Shown here piece by piece: positions 15,276 through 23,497 of a stretch of 32,000 nucleotides of DNA. The notes under the pieces are model-generated. The model was not told the origin of the DNA. It saw only the letters and a list, made by a program, of their open reading frames with translations, and did no database searches. The translations under genes and the position numbers were made by a program. Each line of letters starts with the position of its first letter. The first letter of the stretch is position 1. Source of the stretch: Acaryochloris thomasi RCC1774 (lineage in GTDB: Bacteria; Cyanobacteriota; Cyanobacteriia; Thermosynechococcales; Thermosynechococcaceae); the NCBI RefSeq assembly GCF_003231495.1, contig NZ_PQWO01000032.1, positions 7,300-39,299 of the forward strand. The letters are read 5' to 3'.

Positions 15276-15530
15276 ATGAAGCTAATTGGGATGAAGGTAA
15301 GAAAAGTAATTGATGTTGAAGTTCCTGGGTTGGGACTCCAAATCAAAGAGGCTAGGGAAAGAGACCCGCGTTCTCTGGCTAGTATCTGTCGAGAGATTGA
15401 TATGACACCTATGAATTGGTACAAGATTGAGGCAGAGGGCACTAAGGCTTTGCCTGAAGAAACGTTGCGAGATATTGAGAAGGTGCTTGGTGTCGATCTT
15501 GGGGTCAGCTTTGAAGTGGCTGCTGCTTAG
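15276..15530 (+). CDS. XRE/Cro-type HTH transcriptional regulator (84 aa)
   Basis: LGLQIKEARERDPRSLASICREIDMTPMNWYKIEAEGTKALPEETLRDIEKVLGVDLG fits the HTH_3 pattern. AAGGAG RBS present. It is divergent from operon A. Confidence 0.8.
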   Translation: MKLIGMKVRKVIDVEVPGLGLQIKEARERDPRSLASICREIDMTPMNWYKIEAEGTKALPEETLRDIEKVLGVDLGVSFEVAAA

Positions 15531-15603
15531 TCATCCTTTCGCTTCGGGAATTGAAAGAGTCTAGTTTTGAACATCATTTGTATAGATTGAGGAATCAAGG
15601 GAT

Positions 15604-15867
15604 ATGACGGCAGCAACACCAGACCGACTGGATCGCATAGAGGCGATGATTGAAAGCCTTGCGAATACGTCAGCGAACCTACTGCAGGCCACCAGTAACC
15701 AGGATGCCCGGATGACTCGGATTGAGCAGGCTCACGAATCTAGGCTTGAGAAGATTGAAACCTCTCTCCTGGGGCTGACTGAGATTGCTGGGATAATGGC
15801 GAAGGAGACTCGGCAGCTCAAGCGAACAATGGACTATTTGCTCAGTCATGATGGCGAAAGGAGCTAA
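15604..15867 (+). CDS. Small coiled-coil protein (87 aa)
   Basis: GAGGAA RBS present. It holds the same position after the regulator as 28724..28984 in module B, and both begin MTA(A/S)TP. Confidence 0.55.
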   Translation: MTAATPDRLDRIEAMIESLANTSANLLQATSNQDARMTRIEQAHESRLEKIETSLLGLTEIAGIMAKETRQLKRTMDYLLSHDGERS

Positions 15868-15963
15868 TACAGCTCTGGCTGCAGATTCCCTGTTGGTGGC
15901 AGGTACCCCACTATCTATGCAGCACCTGTGTTGCTGCATCATGACTTTGCCCCGAAAATACCT

Positions 15964-16000
15964 TTCGACAGCTTTTCGCACGTTTTGCAATAGATAGATA
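15964..16000 (+). promoter_or_regulatory. Copy 4 of the bipartite motif
   Basis: TTCGACAGCTTTTCGCACGTTTTGCAATAGATAGATA. TTGCAA is at 15985-15990, 34 nt before GTG 16025. Confidence 0.6.
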
Positions 16001-16024
16001 GCGCTCTACTTAGGTCTGTCCATT

Positions 16025-16372
16025 GTGAAACTGCCAAAACTGTTGCCATTCGGTGCAACCGTATTCCTGATCACCACTCGCACATCCTGGGCAGACAACA
16101 GCCTGGGTAGTTGCATCGTATCGGTGCTGTGTAGCGGGATCGCTTTCCTATATCTCGTATCAGCCTTTCAGCCCAAAGCTCTCTACTTCAATACCCGGTT
16201 TTTCGCGTTCTATTTCATCTCGCTAGCGTATCTGCTGGTGGAAGTTGCGATCGCACAATTTGATTCAGACCCCTATCAGGTGTTGTTTGCTGCCGCTGTC
16301 ACAGGGGTAGCGATGGTATCAGCGCTATTGGTTGAGCTGTTTTTCTTCATGAGGCAAAAGAAATGGATTTGA
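16025..16372 (+). CDS. Small integral membrane protein (115 aa)
   Basis: There are about four hydrophobic segments. The start is GTG with no clear RBS. Its stop overlaps the AAA+ gene start by 10 nt (ATGGATTTGA). Confidence 0.5.
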   Translation: MKLPKLLPFGATVFLITTRTSWADNSLGSCIVSVLCSGIAFLYLVSAFQPKALYFNTRFFAFYFISLAYLLVEVAIAQFDSDPYQVLFAAAVTGVAMVSALLVELFFFMRQKKWI

Positions 16373-17826
16373 TTAACAGACTGCAGCAGGGCTATAGCGT
16401 ATTGGCCCTAGAATCCCCCTTCAGTGAACGGATGCGAGTGCTGGCGGATTTAGAGCAATGGTCAGAGCAGCCGATCTACTTTTGGAGTCCTGGCTATTCC
16501 AAAGTGCTGCAGTACAAGAATAACCGTCTGGTCAGCATCGGACAGATAGATCGCTCAGGCAGCATCAATAGTCCTATGGATTTACTCAATGAGGCAGGGA
16601 TCTACTTACTCGAAGGGGGGCTAGATAAATTCAACCATTTTGTCTGGGTGGATCTGTACCACCGACTCAGGGAAGGCTATACCGTCATTGCCTTGGATCC
16701 TGCTCCAGAGCTGCACGATGATTTACGCGCCATCATTCCCCTAGTGATTGATGCAGTACCTGAATATCGGACTGTAGAGCTATGGCTGTGCGAATATCTC
16801 AATAGATCGCCGTCGCCGCGACTGGTAAGAGCATGTCTGGGCTTGCATCTTGGCGCACTAGAGCAAATATTGGATCGGGTGGACCACGGTGATGAAGATG
16901 CGATGGCCGAAGGCCGGTCGGAGACCATCGCAAATTACGTCATTGGTCAGAAAACCGCTCAGCTCAGCGCGGTCGGTCTAGAGTCGATGGGTCAGCCCGA
17001 TGTCGAGATTGGTGGCCTCGACCAACTCAAAGAAATGCTGCACAAAACCACCAAGCTGTTCAGCCCAGAGGCAAGAGAAGCGGGCCTCAACTATCCCAAA
17101 GGGCTTATTCTCTGGGGTCTCCCCGGTACAGGTAAATCTTTAACAACCAAGACCGCCGCGCATTTGTTGGGTATGCCGCTGCTGGCAACTGACTGGAGCC
17201 AGATTATAGACGACAACAATCCAGCCAAAGCAGCAGCTAACTTGAGAGCCATCATTCAAATTGCGGAAGTTCTCTCGCCCTGCGTCCTGGCCTGGGATGA
17301 CTTTGAGAAGATGCCCCTTGGCGCACTGCACGGCATTTTGCTCACCTGGATGCAGGAGCGGACTAAGCCTGTGTATATCATCAGCAGCGTCAACCGTCTT
17401 GAGAAGCTGCCGCCCGAGATGATCCGGGCCGGTCGCTTTGACCAGATCGTATTTGTCGATCTGCCGAAAGAAGGAGAGCGGCAGGAGATCATCGCGCTTC
17501 ACCTGGCGCGATACACCGAGAGTGTTGAGTTCTCAAAGCTGGACTGGCACAACCTAATTAGTGCCTTCCGCAACTGCACGGCGGCTGAAATAGCTGGTGC
17601 TGTCAAGCAAGCTGCTGAAGAAGCTTTTTGTCAGGATAGGGCGGGGCAGATCACCGTGCAGGATTTGGTGCATCAGCGCAGCTTGTTTGTGCCCTCGATG
17701 ATTCGAGATGAGGATAGTATGTTAGCCATCCGCAAGCTGGCGCACTTGGCTCGCCCTGCCAGCGGTCCCGACAACTCTCAATGGCGAGTACCGCCGAGCG
17801 AGATGTTTGAGTTTATGGAGGATTAA
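16363..17826 (+). CDS. AAA+ ATPase with an N-terminal domain, Ycf46-like in layout
   Basis: Walker A GLPGTGKS. Walker B region CVLAWDDFEK, with DD where AAA proteins usually have DE. Second region of homology SSVNRLEKLPPEMIRAGRFDQIVFVDLP. The resemblance to cyanobacterial Ycf46 is from memory. Confidence 0.8.
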   Translation: MDLINRLQQGYSVLALESPFSERMRVLADLEQWSEQPIYFWSPGYSKVLQYKNNRLVSIGQIDRSGSINSPMDLLNEAGIYLLEGGLDKFNHFVWVDLYHRLREGYTVIALDPAPELHDDLRAIIPLVIDAVPEYRTVELWLCEYLNRSPSPRLVRACLGLHLGALEQILDRVDHGDEDAMAEGRSETIANYVIGQKTAQLSAVGLESMGQPDVEIGGLDQLKEMLHKTTKLFSPEAREAGLNYPKGLILWGLPGTGKSLTTKTAAHLLGMPLLATDWSQIIDDNNPAKAAANLRAIIQIAEVLSPCVLAWDDFEKMPLGALHGILLTWMQERTKPVYIISSVNRLEKLPPEMIRAGRFDQIVFVDLPKEGERQEIIALHLARYTESVEFSKLDWHNLISAFRNCTAAEIAGAVKQAAEEAFCQDRAGQITVQDLVHQRSLFVPSMIRDEDSMLAIRKLAHLARPASGPDNSQWRVPPSEMFEFMED

Positions 17827-17857
17827 CAGGATTTTTGGCTTTTGCAATAGCTAGGTA
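17825..17857 (+). promoter_or_regulatory. Copy 5 of the bipartite motif (variant AACAGG...TTGCAATAGCTAGGTA)
   Basis: TTGCAA is at 17842-17847. The motif starts inside the stop codon context GATTAACAG of the AAA+ gene. Confidence 0.5.
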
Positions 17858-17904
17858 AGCGTTTGACAGGATTTTGGAATTTTTACTAATTGAGGAATTT
17901 CCCT

Positions 17905-18288
17905 ATGAGACCTGAAATGATTTTTTTGAGTGTCGCCATCATGTTTTCGGGTTACTTGGGTTTCCCGCCAGGCGTTTGGTGGGCCTGGACTGTATCTGTC
18001 TTTTCAACGTTCGCTGCGGCTGCGATCGTGTTGTTGTTGTTGCTTGCCGATAAGTCAAAGCTGATGGAGCACCCGCAGCCTGAAATCAGAGCAGCGGTAA
18101 TAGGTGTGATGACTTCAATTGCCCAAACAAACTACTGGTTTATTGGCATTGTGAATCTTGCCTTTGTTTTCGGTTTCACAGCTAAAGGCCGCATATGGCT
18201 TGCGATCGCCATCGCAATATCCACGTTTTCTATGTTTGTTTTGCGCGAGATTGTTTCACGGCAGCTCCAGAGTGCTGCCGTGGATTAA
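17905..18288 (+). CDS. Small integral membrane protein (127 aa)
   Basis: ORF track gives 17890..18288. ATG 17905 follows GAGGA with 8-nt spacing. It has four hydrophobic segments. Confidence 0.6.
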   Translation: MRPEMIFLSVAIMFSGYLGFPPGVWWAWTVSVFSTFAAAAIVLLLLLADKSKLMEHPQPEIRAAVIGVMTSIAQTNYWFIGIVNLAFVFGFTAKGRIWLAIAIAISTFSMFVLREIVSRQLQSAAVD

Positions 18289-18319
18289 CAGCTTTTTTGG
18301 CTTTTGCAATAGATAGCTA
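18287..18319 (+). promoter_or_regulatory. Copy 6 of the bipartite motif
   Basis: AACAGCTTTTTTGGCTTTTGCAATAGATAGCTA. TTGCAA is at 18304-18309. It again begins in a GATTAACAG stop context. Confidence 0.6.
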
Positions 18320-18355
18320 GGGGAACTCCCTAAAGCCGAACTCAATCCATAAGCT

Positions 18356-20509
18356 ATGAACCGATTTTTCTTCACCACCTTACTCCTCACCTCTGTTGGT
18401 CTAACGACCCCGCTATCTGCCTTGCGGGTGAATGCTCAGCAGTCTTCAGGTCTGCCCTTAACCATTGAGGGCGGTCACGGTACGAAAAAGACGATGACCG
18501 TCTCATTAGAGCAGAAGCCAACGAAGAACCTAGGCTTGAACTTGAAGGTCAAGGGTGCTGAAGGTGCCCAGGAAGGCTGGCTCTATGTCAACGGTCAGGT
18601 CGTTGCTCCGCTTTTCTCTTGGTACGCCAATCCATCCAACCGCAACCAGATTGCATCCGTTCGGCTGGTGACGCCTGGGGCAGTTTGGCGGGCCGGTCTC
18701 AACGATGTCACCTTTGTCGCCCGCAACAACAATACGTTTAAGGTACTCACCGCTAATACTTACGAAACCGAGCGTAAGACCCATTTCACAAACATAGCGA
18801 ATCGCAATCGAACATCAACGATCTCAGCCCGAAGGCCAGTCAGACGCAGCTCGTCCTACACCTTGACCCAAGCGCCGCAAGCGATCGCCACCGCATCGGT
18901 GGGCAGAAAGACACTGACGTTAACGGACTTGATCGCCACTGTTACCCAGCCTCACGACGTTCCTGCTCCGGGAGTTCCACAAAGTTTTGATTTCCAGCAA
19001 TACCCCAGACCTAGTGTTGCGTCACGGCCTGAGCGATTGGATCAGCCACTTCCAGCCGGTTCTGGCTACGTCAATACCTGGAATCATATCGATTCCCTGC
19101 AGAGGGATGCAGCCCCGAACGTCAAAGTAGAGATGGGCAGCATGTTCTTATCTTTCTTCAAGGATGGCAAGTGGCATACAACAGAGATGGGACCGCCGTG
19201 CCGTGCCTATACCTATGAATATCCAACGATAGGCACGGGTAAAGATACCGATGTTGCTGCTTGCGAGAACGGGGCTGCTTTTGCGGGGCTAGGTCTAAAG
19301 GGCTGGAATAAGCCAAATCGCCATACCCACGGCTGGGTTCAAAACGGCAGAGTTGGCGTGAATTCTGAAGATGTTGAGCACTTTATGGTTTGGGCCTCTG
19401 CTCGGACTCAACCGATTGACCCGGGTAAGCCTGCAAATCTTGATGGGCAGAACTACCAGTATGGGATTGGCGGGGATTACTTCAATTCTGATGAAGGTCG
19501 GGGTCGCAAGGCAGCGGTTCACTCCAGACGCCAGATCGTAGGCAGTCAATGGAAAACGCTGGTGGGTCACAACATGACGCCGCAAACCATCAAAACGATG
19601 TGCGCTCAGGGTAATTTGCCGTCAGAGCTGCCGCTGGTCGGTGGATGCAGCAGTTCTTCGGGGGCGTTTCGTGCCGGTACGAGCAGTACCCCGAATCCAT
19701 CGCCGAAATCCCTTGCTAAAGCCACGGGTCAAAGCTCTCGAACTCAGACGGCTTCAGTACCTTTCAAGCGCACAGGAACCGGAGTGCTGACGCTCACTCA
19801 ATTAAGAGATGCGGTGACTAAGCCCCACGAGCAAGCTCCGGCACCGACTGTCCCTAGCAGCTACTGCCAAGCCTATAACGGCAAACCAAGCACCCTCAAT
19901 CATCCCAGCAACTCAAGCTGTAAGAATGAATTTGGTGATGATCAGTTCAAAAAGTACCGAACGATAAACCCTTGGTTTGTGGCCTACAGCCGCACAAAAA
20001 CACCGGACACCATTGAAATGGGGGATATGTACATTTCAGTTCTCAAGCGGGGCGTGTGGACAACTCACAACTTTGGCCCACCGGGTCAGGCTTATTTATT
20101 TAAGACAGAATCCCTCAACAAGCGGGAGGCGAAAGATGTTGCCACCCTCGGTAACGGTGTCTCGAAGCTGGGATACGGGTTAGATAAATGGCAGAATCCT
20201 GCGCTCAGCGCCCACGGCTGGCCGGGTCCACATTGGGATATCGCGCTCAATGATGCTGAGCACATGATGGTGTGGGTCGATGCTAGAACCCAGAAGGAAG
20301 GCACTCATGCTGTCGGTGCCGGTCTGGACCTGCGGGACAATGTGCTCAAAACAGGTCTGCCAGCGGCCATCAGAACCCGCCAACGTTTCCTTGGTCCCCA
20401 GTGGACAACGATTGTGGGTCACAATATCCACCCTGACCAGCTCGCAACTATCTGTCAGAAGTATGGGTATCCCAGTGCCTTGAAGGTTGAGGGTTGTCCC
20501 CAGCAGTAG
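18356..20509 (+). CDS. Secreted protein (717 aa) with a signal peptide and an internally duplicated ~250-aa domain
   Basis: Signal-like N-terminus MNRFFFTTLLLTSVGLTTPLSALRVNAQQ. Two homologous halves share LTLT.L...VT.PH, EMG.M(F/Y).S..K.G.W.T...GPP..AY, HGW, EH.MVW..ARTQ and W.T.VGHN..P....T.C. Confidence 0.75.
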   Translation: MNRFFFTTLLLTSVGLTTPLSALRVNAQQSSGLPLTIEGGHGTKKTMTVSLEQKPTKNLGLNLKVKGAEGAQEGWLYVNGQVVAPLFSWYANPSNRNQIASVRLVTPGAVWRAGLNDVTFVARNNNTFKVLTANTYETERKTHFTNIANRNRTSTISARRPVRRSSSYTLTQAPQAIATASVGRKTLTLTDLIATVTQPHDVPAPGVPQSFDFQQYPRPSVASRPERLDQPLPAGSGYVNTWNHIDSLQRDAAPNVKVEMGSMFLSFFKDGKWHTTEMGPPCRAYTYEYPTIGTGKDTDVAACENGAAFAGLGLKGWNKPNRHTHGWVQNGRVGVNSEDVEHFMVWASARTQPIDPGKPANLDGQNYQYGIGGDYFNSDEGRGRKAAVHSRRQIVGSQWKTLVGHNMTPQTIKTMCAQGNLPSELPLVGGCSSSSGAFRAGTSSTPNPSPKSLAKATGQSSRTQTASVPFKRTGTGVLTLTQLRDAVTKPHEQAPAPTVPSSYCQAYNGKPSTLNHPSNSSCKNEFGDDQFKKYRTINPWFVAYSRTKTPDTIEMGDMYISVLKRGVWTTHNFGPPGQAYLFKTESLNKREAKDVATLGNGVSKLGYGLDKWQNPALSAHGWPGPHWDIALNDAEHMMVWVDARTQKEGTHAVGAGLDLRDNVLKTGLPAAIRTRQRFLGPQWTTIVGHNIHPDQLATICQKYGYPSALKVEGCPQQ

Positions 20510-20510
20510 T

Positions 20511-21698
20511 TCAGTCAATTTCCCAGCCGTCGTCTTCGACCTCGATCTCCGGGTCGATCTCTGAGTAGCGTTCTGGGAAAAGCTCCTGTTCATAGGACTC
20601 GAACATTCTGATATCTTCAGAGGTCACCGCATATTGAACTCTGTCGTTTGTCTCAGTGAAAATAACGCCCCGTTCATCTGTGGCTGAGATAGTGAGCTTA
20701 TCGTCTGAGAACTCAAGCACATAGTCGTCGTTAACCAGTCGATTGACTCCCTTGTCTTTGGCCTCTTCCCGATAGAAGTTTGCGACATCTGAGAAGGTTT
20801 CAATCGTGCTTTGATCTAGCTCATTGTCCTTATCGAGTGCTGGCTCTGGTGCTGGGTAAACCCACGGCTCGATTTCCCTGCCGCTTACCTGTGAGACCAG
20901 TCGTTCGAGTAATGTTGCCATCTGGAAGGGGCCAACGCCACCCGGTACCGGCGTCAAATGCTGGGGAATGTCGTAGGCAGAGCGACTGACATCACCGCGA
21001 GGTTTTCCTTCGCCGGGAATGAAGCCTGCATCGACGACTAGGCGGTGTTCGGGGATGATGTGTTGCTCATCCAAAAGCTCGGGTGTACCTGTGGCTGAAA
21101 CGACGATATTCGCTTTACGGGTTTGGGTTTCGTCATCTCCGATTTCGATTTCTATGGTGTCGATACCAGCTTCTTTGAGGAGTTTGACGACTCCTTCGCC
21201 CACGTAGCCGCCAGCGCCAACGACAGCTACGGTATCTCCTTCCTGAGCGAAGGATTCGACTAAGCGGTAAATTGTCTCAGAAGTAGCCGAGGTAGGGAAG
21301 TAGGGATTATCGCTGCGCATCCCATCGATGTCTTTCTCGAAAGAGATTTGCGGTAGTAGCTTCTTTAAGTCGTCAGGAATTGGATTCTGGACAATCAAAC
21401 CAACAGAGTTTGCATTGGCCTCTATCAATAGATTCCTAAAGACATCCGGCGTAGTGAGAGAATCAAGTATAGGTTGTTTAACTTGACAGCCAAGTGCTGA
21501 AAATGTTTTCGCTTTATGCTCTGTCGAAAATCGAGCGGCTTCGTATTTTGCAAGTTCAATGGGGTCTTGTTCTGTTTCAGGCGGTAGGAAGCGAATAATT
21601 GTTACCTGTTCCTGGTTGCAGATGTTTTGAAACTCAGCCAGCCTGGATTTAACTTGTTTGAGGATAGAACTACCGTTGACTTTAGATGTCACGGGCAA
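20511..21698 (-). CDS. FolD-like (methylene-THF dehydrogenase/cyclohydrolase fold) protein with a ~110-aa acidic C-terminal extension
   Basis: LTPVPGGVGPFQMATLLERLV matches the FolD signature TPVPGGVGPMT. DIDGM and VAVVGAGGYVGEGV match the DVDG and NAD(P)-binding segments. The start is TTG 21698 or GTG 21692. The canonical PCTP segment reads PTSA here. Confidence 0.7.
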   Translation of the reverse strand: MPVTSKVNGSSILKQVKSRLAEFQNICNQEQVTIIRFLPPETEQDPIELAKYEAARFSTEHKAKTFSALGCQVKQPILDSLTTPDVFRNLLIEANANSVGLIVQNPIPDDLKKLLPQISFEKDIDGMRSDNPYFPTSATSETIYRLVESFAQEGDTVAVVGAGGYVGEGVVKLLKEAGIDTIEIEIGDDETQTRKANIVVSATGTPELLDEQHIIPEHRLVVDAGFIPGEGKPRGDVSRSAYDIPQHLTPVPGGVGPFQMATLLERLVSQVSGREIEPWVYPAPEPALDKDNELDQSTIETFSDVANFYREEAKDKGVNRLVNDDYVLEFSDDKLTISATDERGVIFTETNDRVQYAVTSEDIRMFESYEQELFPERYSEIDPEIEVEDDGWEID

Positions 21699-22170
21699 GA
21701 ACTTCCAAAATATCTGCTACAGGAGAGAGTCTAATTTTGGTGTTCAGCTCTTCCACTTCATTGGGCCTGAGAACCCACCATTCAGCGCTCCAGGGTTCTA
21801 TATGCTCAGGTAGAGGCCACGGTAACGTAACCCGCAGCCATCGCTCTGGCGTGGTCTGGTTCTCGTAGGTATTGGCCTGTGAAAATCTTCCGTAGTGACA
21901 GATCCATGTCACCTTCTGAGTGTTCGCCTCATTTAAGTAGATAGGGTATTGTTCTCGGACGGCGAGGGCTAAAGCTTCAAAGTCGATTGAGACATCATGC
22001 TCCATCGATTTGTTGCTGTGCAGGCCAGAAGCAACAACAATGACTTCTTCTTTCTGTTCGTCCCTATAAATTCTCAAGAGACAGTGACACGAAGCATCTT
22101 CTTCCCGCCAGTGAAAGAGGGTCTCCACCACTGGCGCTAGCTTGTCTGTCTTGACGACTTGATTAACCAT
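21682..22170 (-). CDS. Hypothetical protein (162 aa)
   Basis: ORF track gives 21682..22344. ATG 22170 follows GGAGG with 7-nt spacing. It overlaps both neighbours (8 nt and 17 nt), suggesting translational coupling. Confidence 0.6.
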   Translation of the reverse strand: MVNQVVKTDKLAPVVETLFHWREEDASCHCLLRIYRDEQKEEVIVVASGLHSNKSMEHDVSIDFEALALAVREQYPIYLNEANTQKVTWICHYGRFSQANTYENQTTPERWLRVTLPWPLPEHIEPWSAEWWVLRPNEVEELNTKIRLSPVADILEVLARDI

Positions 22171-22999
22171 TGGCTGACCTCCGAAATCCGGGTATCGATA
22201 CTTGAGCCTTGTCCTGATACTTGCAGATGGCCTCGGGCATCCAGTCTGCCCAGCCTTGCGCCATTCCATCATACCCGTGACGCCCCTTGTAGAGCTGCTG
22301 TAGCTCCTGCGCCCACTGCCCATAGTTTGAGCGACCGATTTCACCTTCAGAGGTCTGCACGTAATCTACCAGCACTTGAGCGTTAAGTCCTATCTCCCGG
22401 CCACCGGCCACGCACTGAACAAAGTACTCATAATCGCAGAATACCCGGTAGTCAGGGTTCCAGTGGGGTGCCCCCTGGCGTCGGTGGGTGAACCCGTTGC
22501 TATCGAACAGCGATCGCTGAGCAATCAGGTCCGCGATTGTGTCATCTGCCTGGGGTGAGATAAAAGGCTTTCCTGTTTTGACCACTTGCCCTTCGCTGAT
22601 CACGTCTCGCCGTCGCCACTGCTGCGGCAAACAGCCGAAGTGCTTAGGGTGTTGCTCAAACCATTGGAGCGTATTGGCGACAAACTCAGGTCTTAGCTCG
22701 TTGTCATCATCGAGGTAGCAGACGAGATCGCCCTGAGCGTTATCAATACCGAGGTTACGAGCAATGCATAGGCCGAAGCCATCTTGAGGGTGATCGATTT
22801 CGATGTAGTGGGTGTGGAAGGGAAATCTTGAGTTTTGCAGTAGGTCTCGGGTGGTGAGGTCTTTGCCGTCATTGATGACGACCCACTCAAAATCGAGACA
22901 GGTCTGATGGAGCAGGCTGGGGAGTGCGATCGCTCGAAGCAGATCGGGGCGGTGGTGGGTAGCAGTGATGATGGATAGAGTGAATGGCTGTTCTCCTGT
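22163..22999 (-). CDS. Family-2 (GT-A) glycosyltransferase with no canonical start codon
   Basis: My translation upstream of the listed ORF (22163..22630) reads FTLSIITATHHRPDLLRAIALPSLLHQTCLDFEWVVINDGKD...ARNLGIDNAQGDLVCYLDDDNEL, a typical GT2 N-terminus with a DxD motif. The frame is open from 22999 with AGGAG at 22997-22993. The first in-frame ATG, GTG or TTG is at 22630. Confidence 0.65.
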   Translation of the reverse strand, partial: TGEQPFTLSIITATHHRPDLLRAIALPSLLHQTCLDFEWVVINDGKDLTTRDLLQNSRFPFHTHYIEIDHPQDGFGLCIARNLGIDNAQGDLVCYLDDDNELRPEFVANTLQWFEQHPKHFGCLPQQWRRRDVISEGQVVKTGKPFISPQADDTIADLIAQRSLFDSNGFTHRRQGAPHWNPDYRVFCDYEYFVQCVAGGREIGLNAQVLVDYVQTSEGEIGRSNYGQWAQELQQLYKGRHGYDGMAQGWADWMPEAICKYQDKAQVSIPGFRRSANG

Positions 23000-23105
23000 T
23001 TAGATGTAGAAACTTTCCAGTCTCTTCAGCATAAGCATTCATGCATTGTCAGGCTCTATAAATTGACCCGTCCGTTTTGTTCGTGAATCTGTATGACAAA
23101 TGTAG

Positions 23106-23294
23106 ATGTCAATATTGGTGAACCAAATGAAACAAGATCAAGACCATAGCCAGAGCAAGTCTAAAGTTCAGCAGATAACCGACTTTATCGTAATCGCGAT
23201 GCTTGTCTTTCCAATTGCAGGCTGGTTGGGTAACTTGCTTCAGCCAGCGCCACCCGATAATCAAGTTCCGGCTGCATGGAGTGACGAGCGCTAG
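23106..23294 (+). CDS. Possible small membrane protein (62 aa)
   Basis: One hydrophobic segment (FIVIAMLVFPIAGWLGNLL). No clear RBS. It is an isolated plus-strand ORF between minus-strand operons. Confidence 0.25.
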   Translation: MSILVNQMKQDQDHSQSKSKVQQITDFIVIAMLVFPIAGWLGNLLQPAPPDNQVPAAWSDER

Positions 23295-23332
23295 CAATAA
23301 TCAAGTCTGAAGCCTGTCCTACTGTGGTTGTG

Positions 23333-23497
23333 TCAAGCTTCAGGTTTTCCCCTCTCCTGTGCCCTCTCCTGCGCTGCCACAGCCCTCGCCTCAGCATTCC
23401 TCTGGTTCCACTGCTGTCGGGTTTCGTCGGGGTTGGTGGACTTGGGTGGTGCAAATGTTCGGTGGCTGTAGTTGCCTCTGCCTTCTTTAGCTTTCAT
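23333..23497 (-). CDS. Possible small basic protein (54 aa) coupled to the kinase stop
   Basis: ATG 23497 overlaps the kinase stop codon region (ATGAAAGCTAA). No family recognised. Confidence 0.3.
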   Translation of the reverse strand: MKAKEGRGNYSHRTFAPPKSTNPDETRQQWNQRNAEARAVAAQERAQERGKPEA

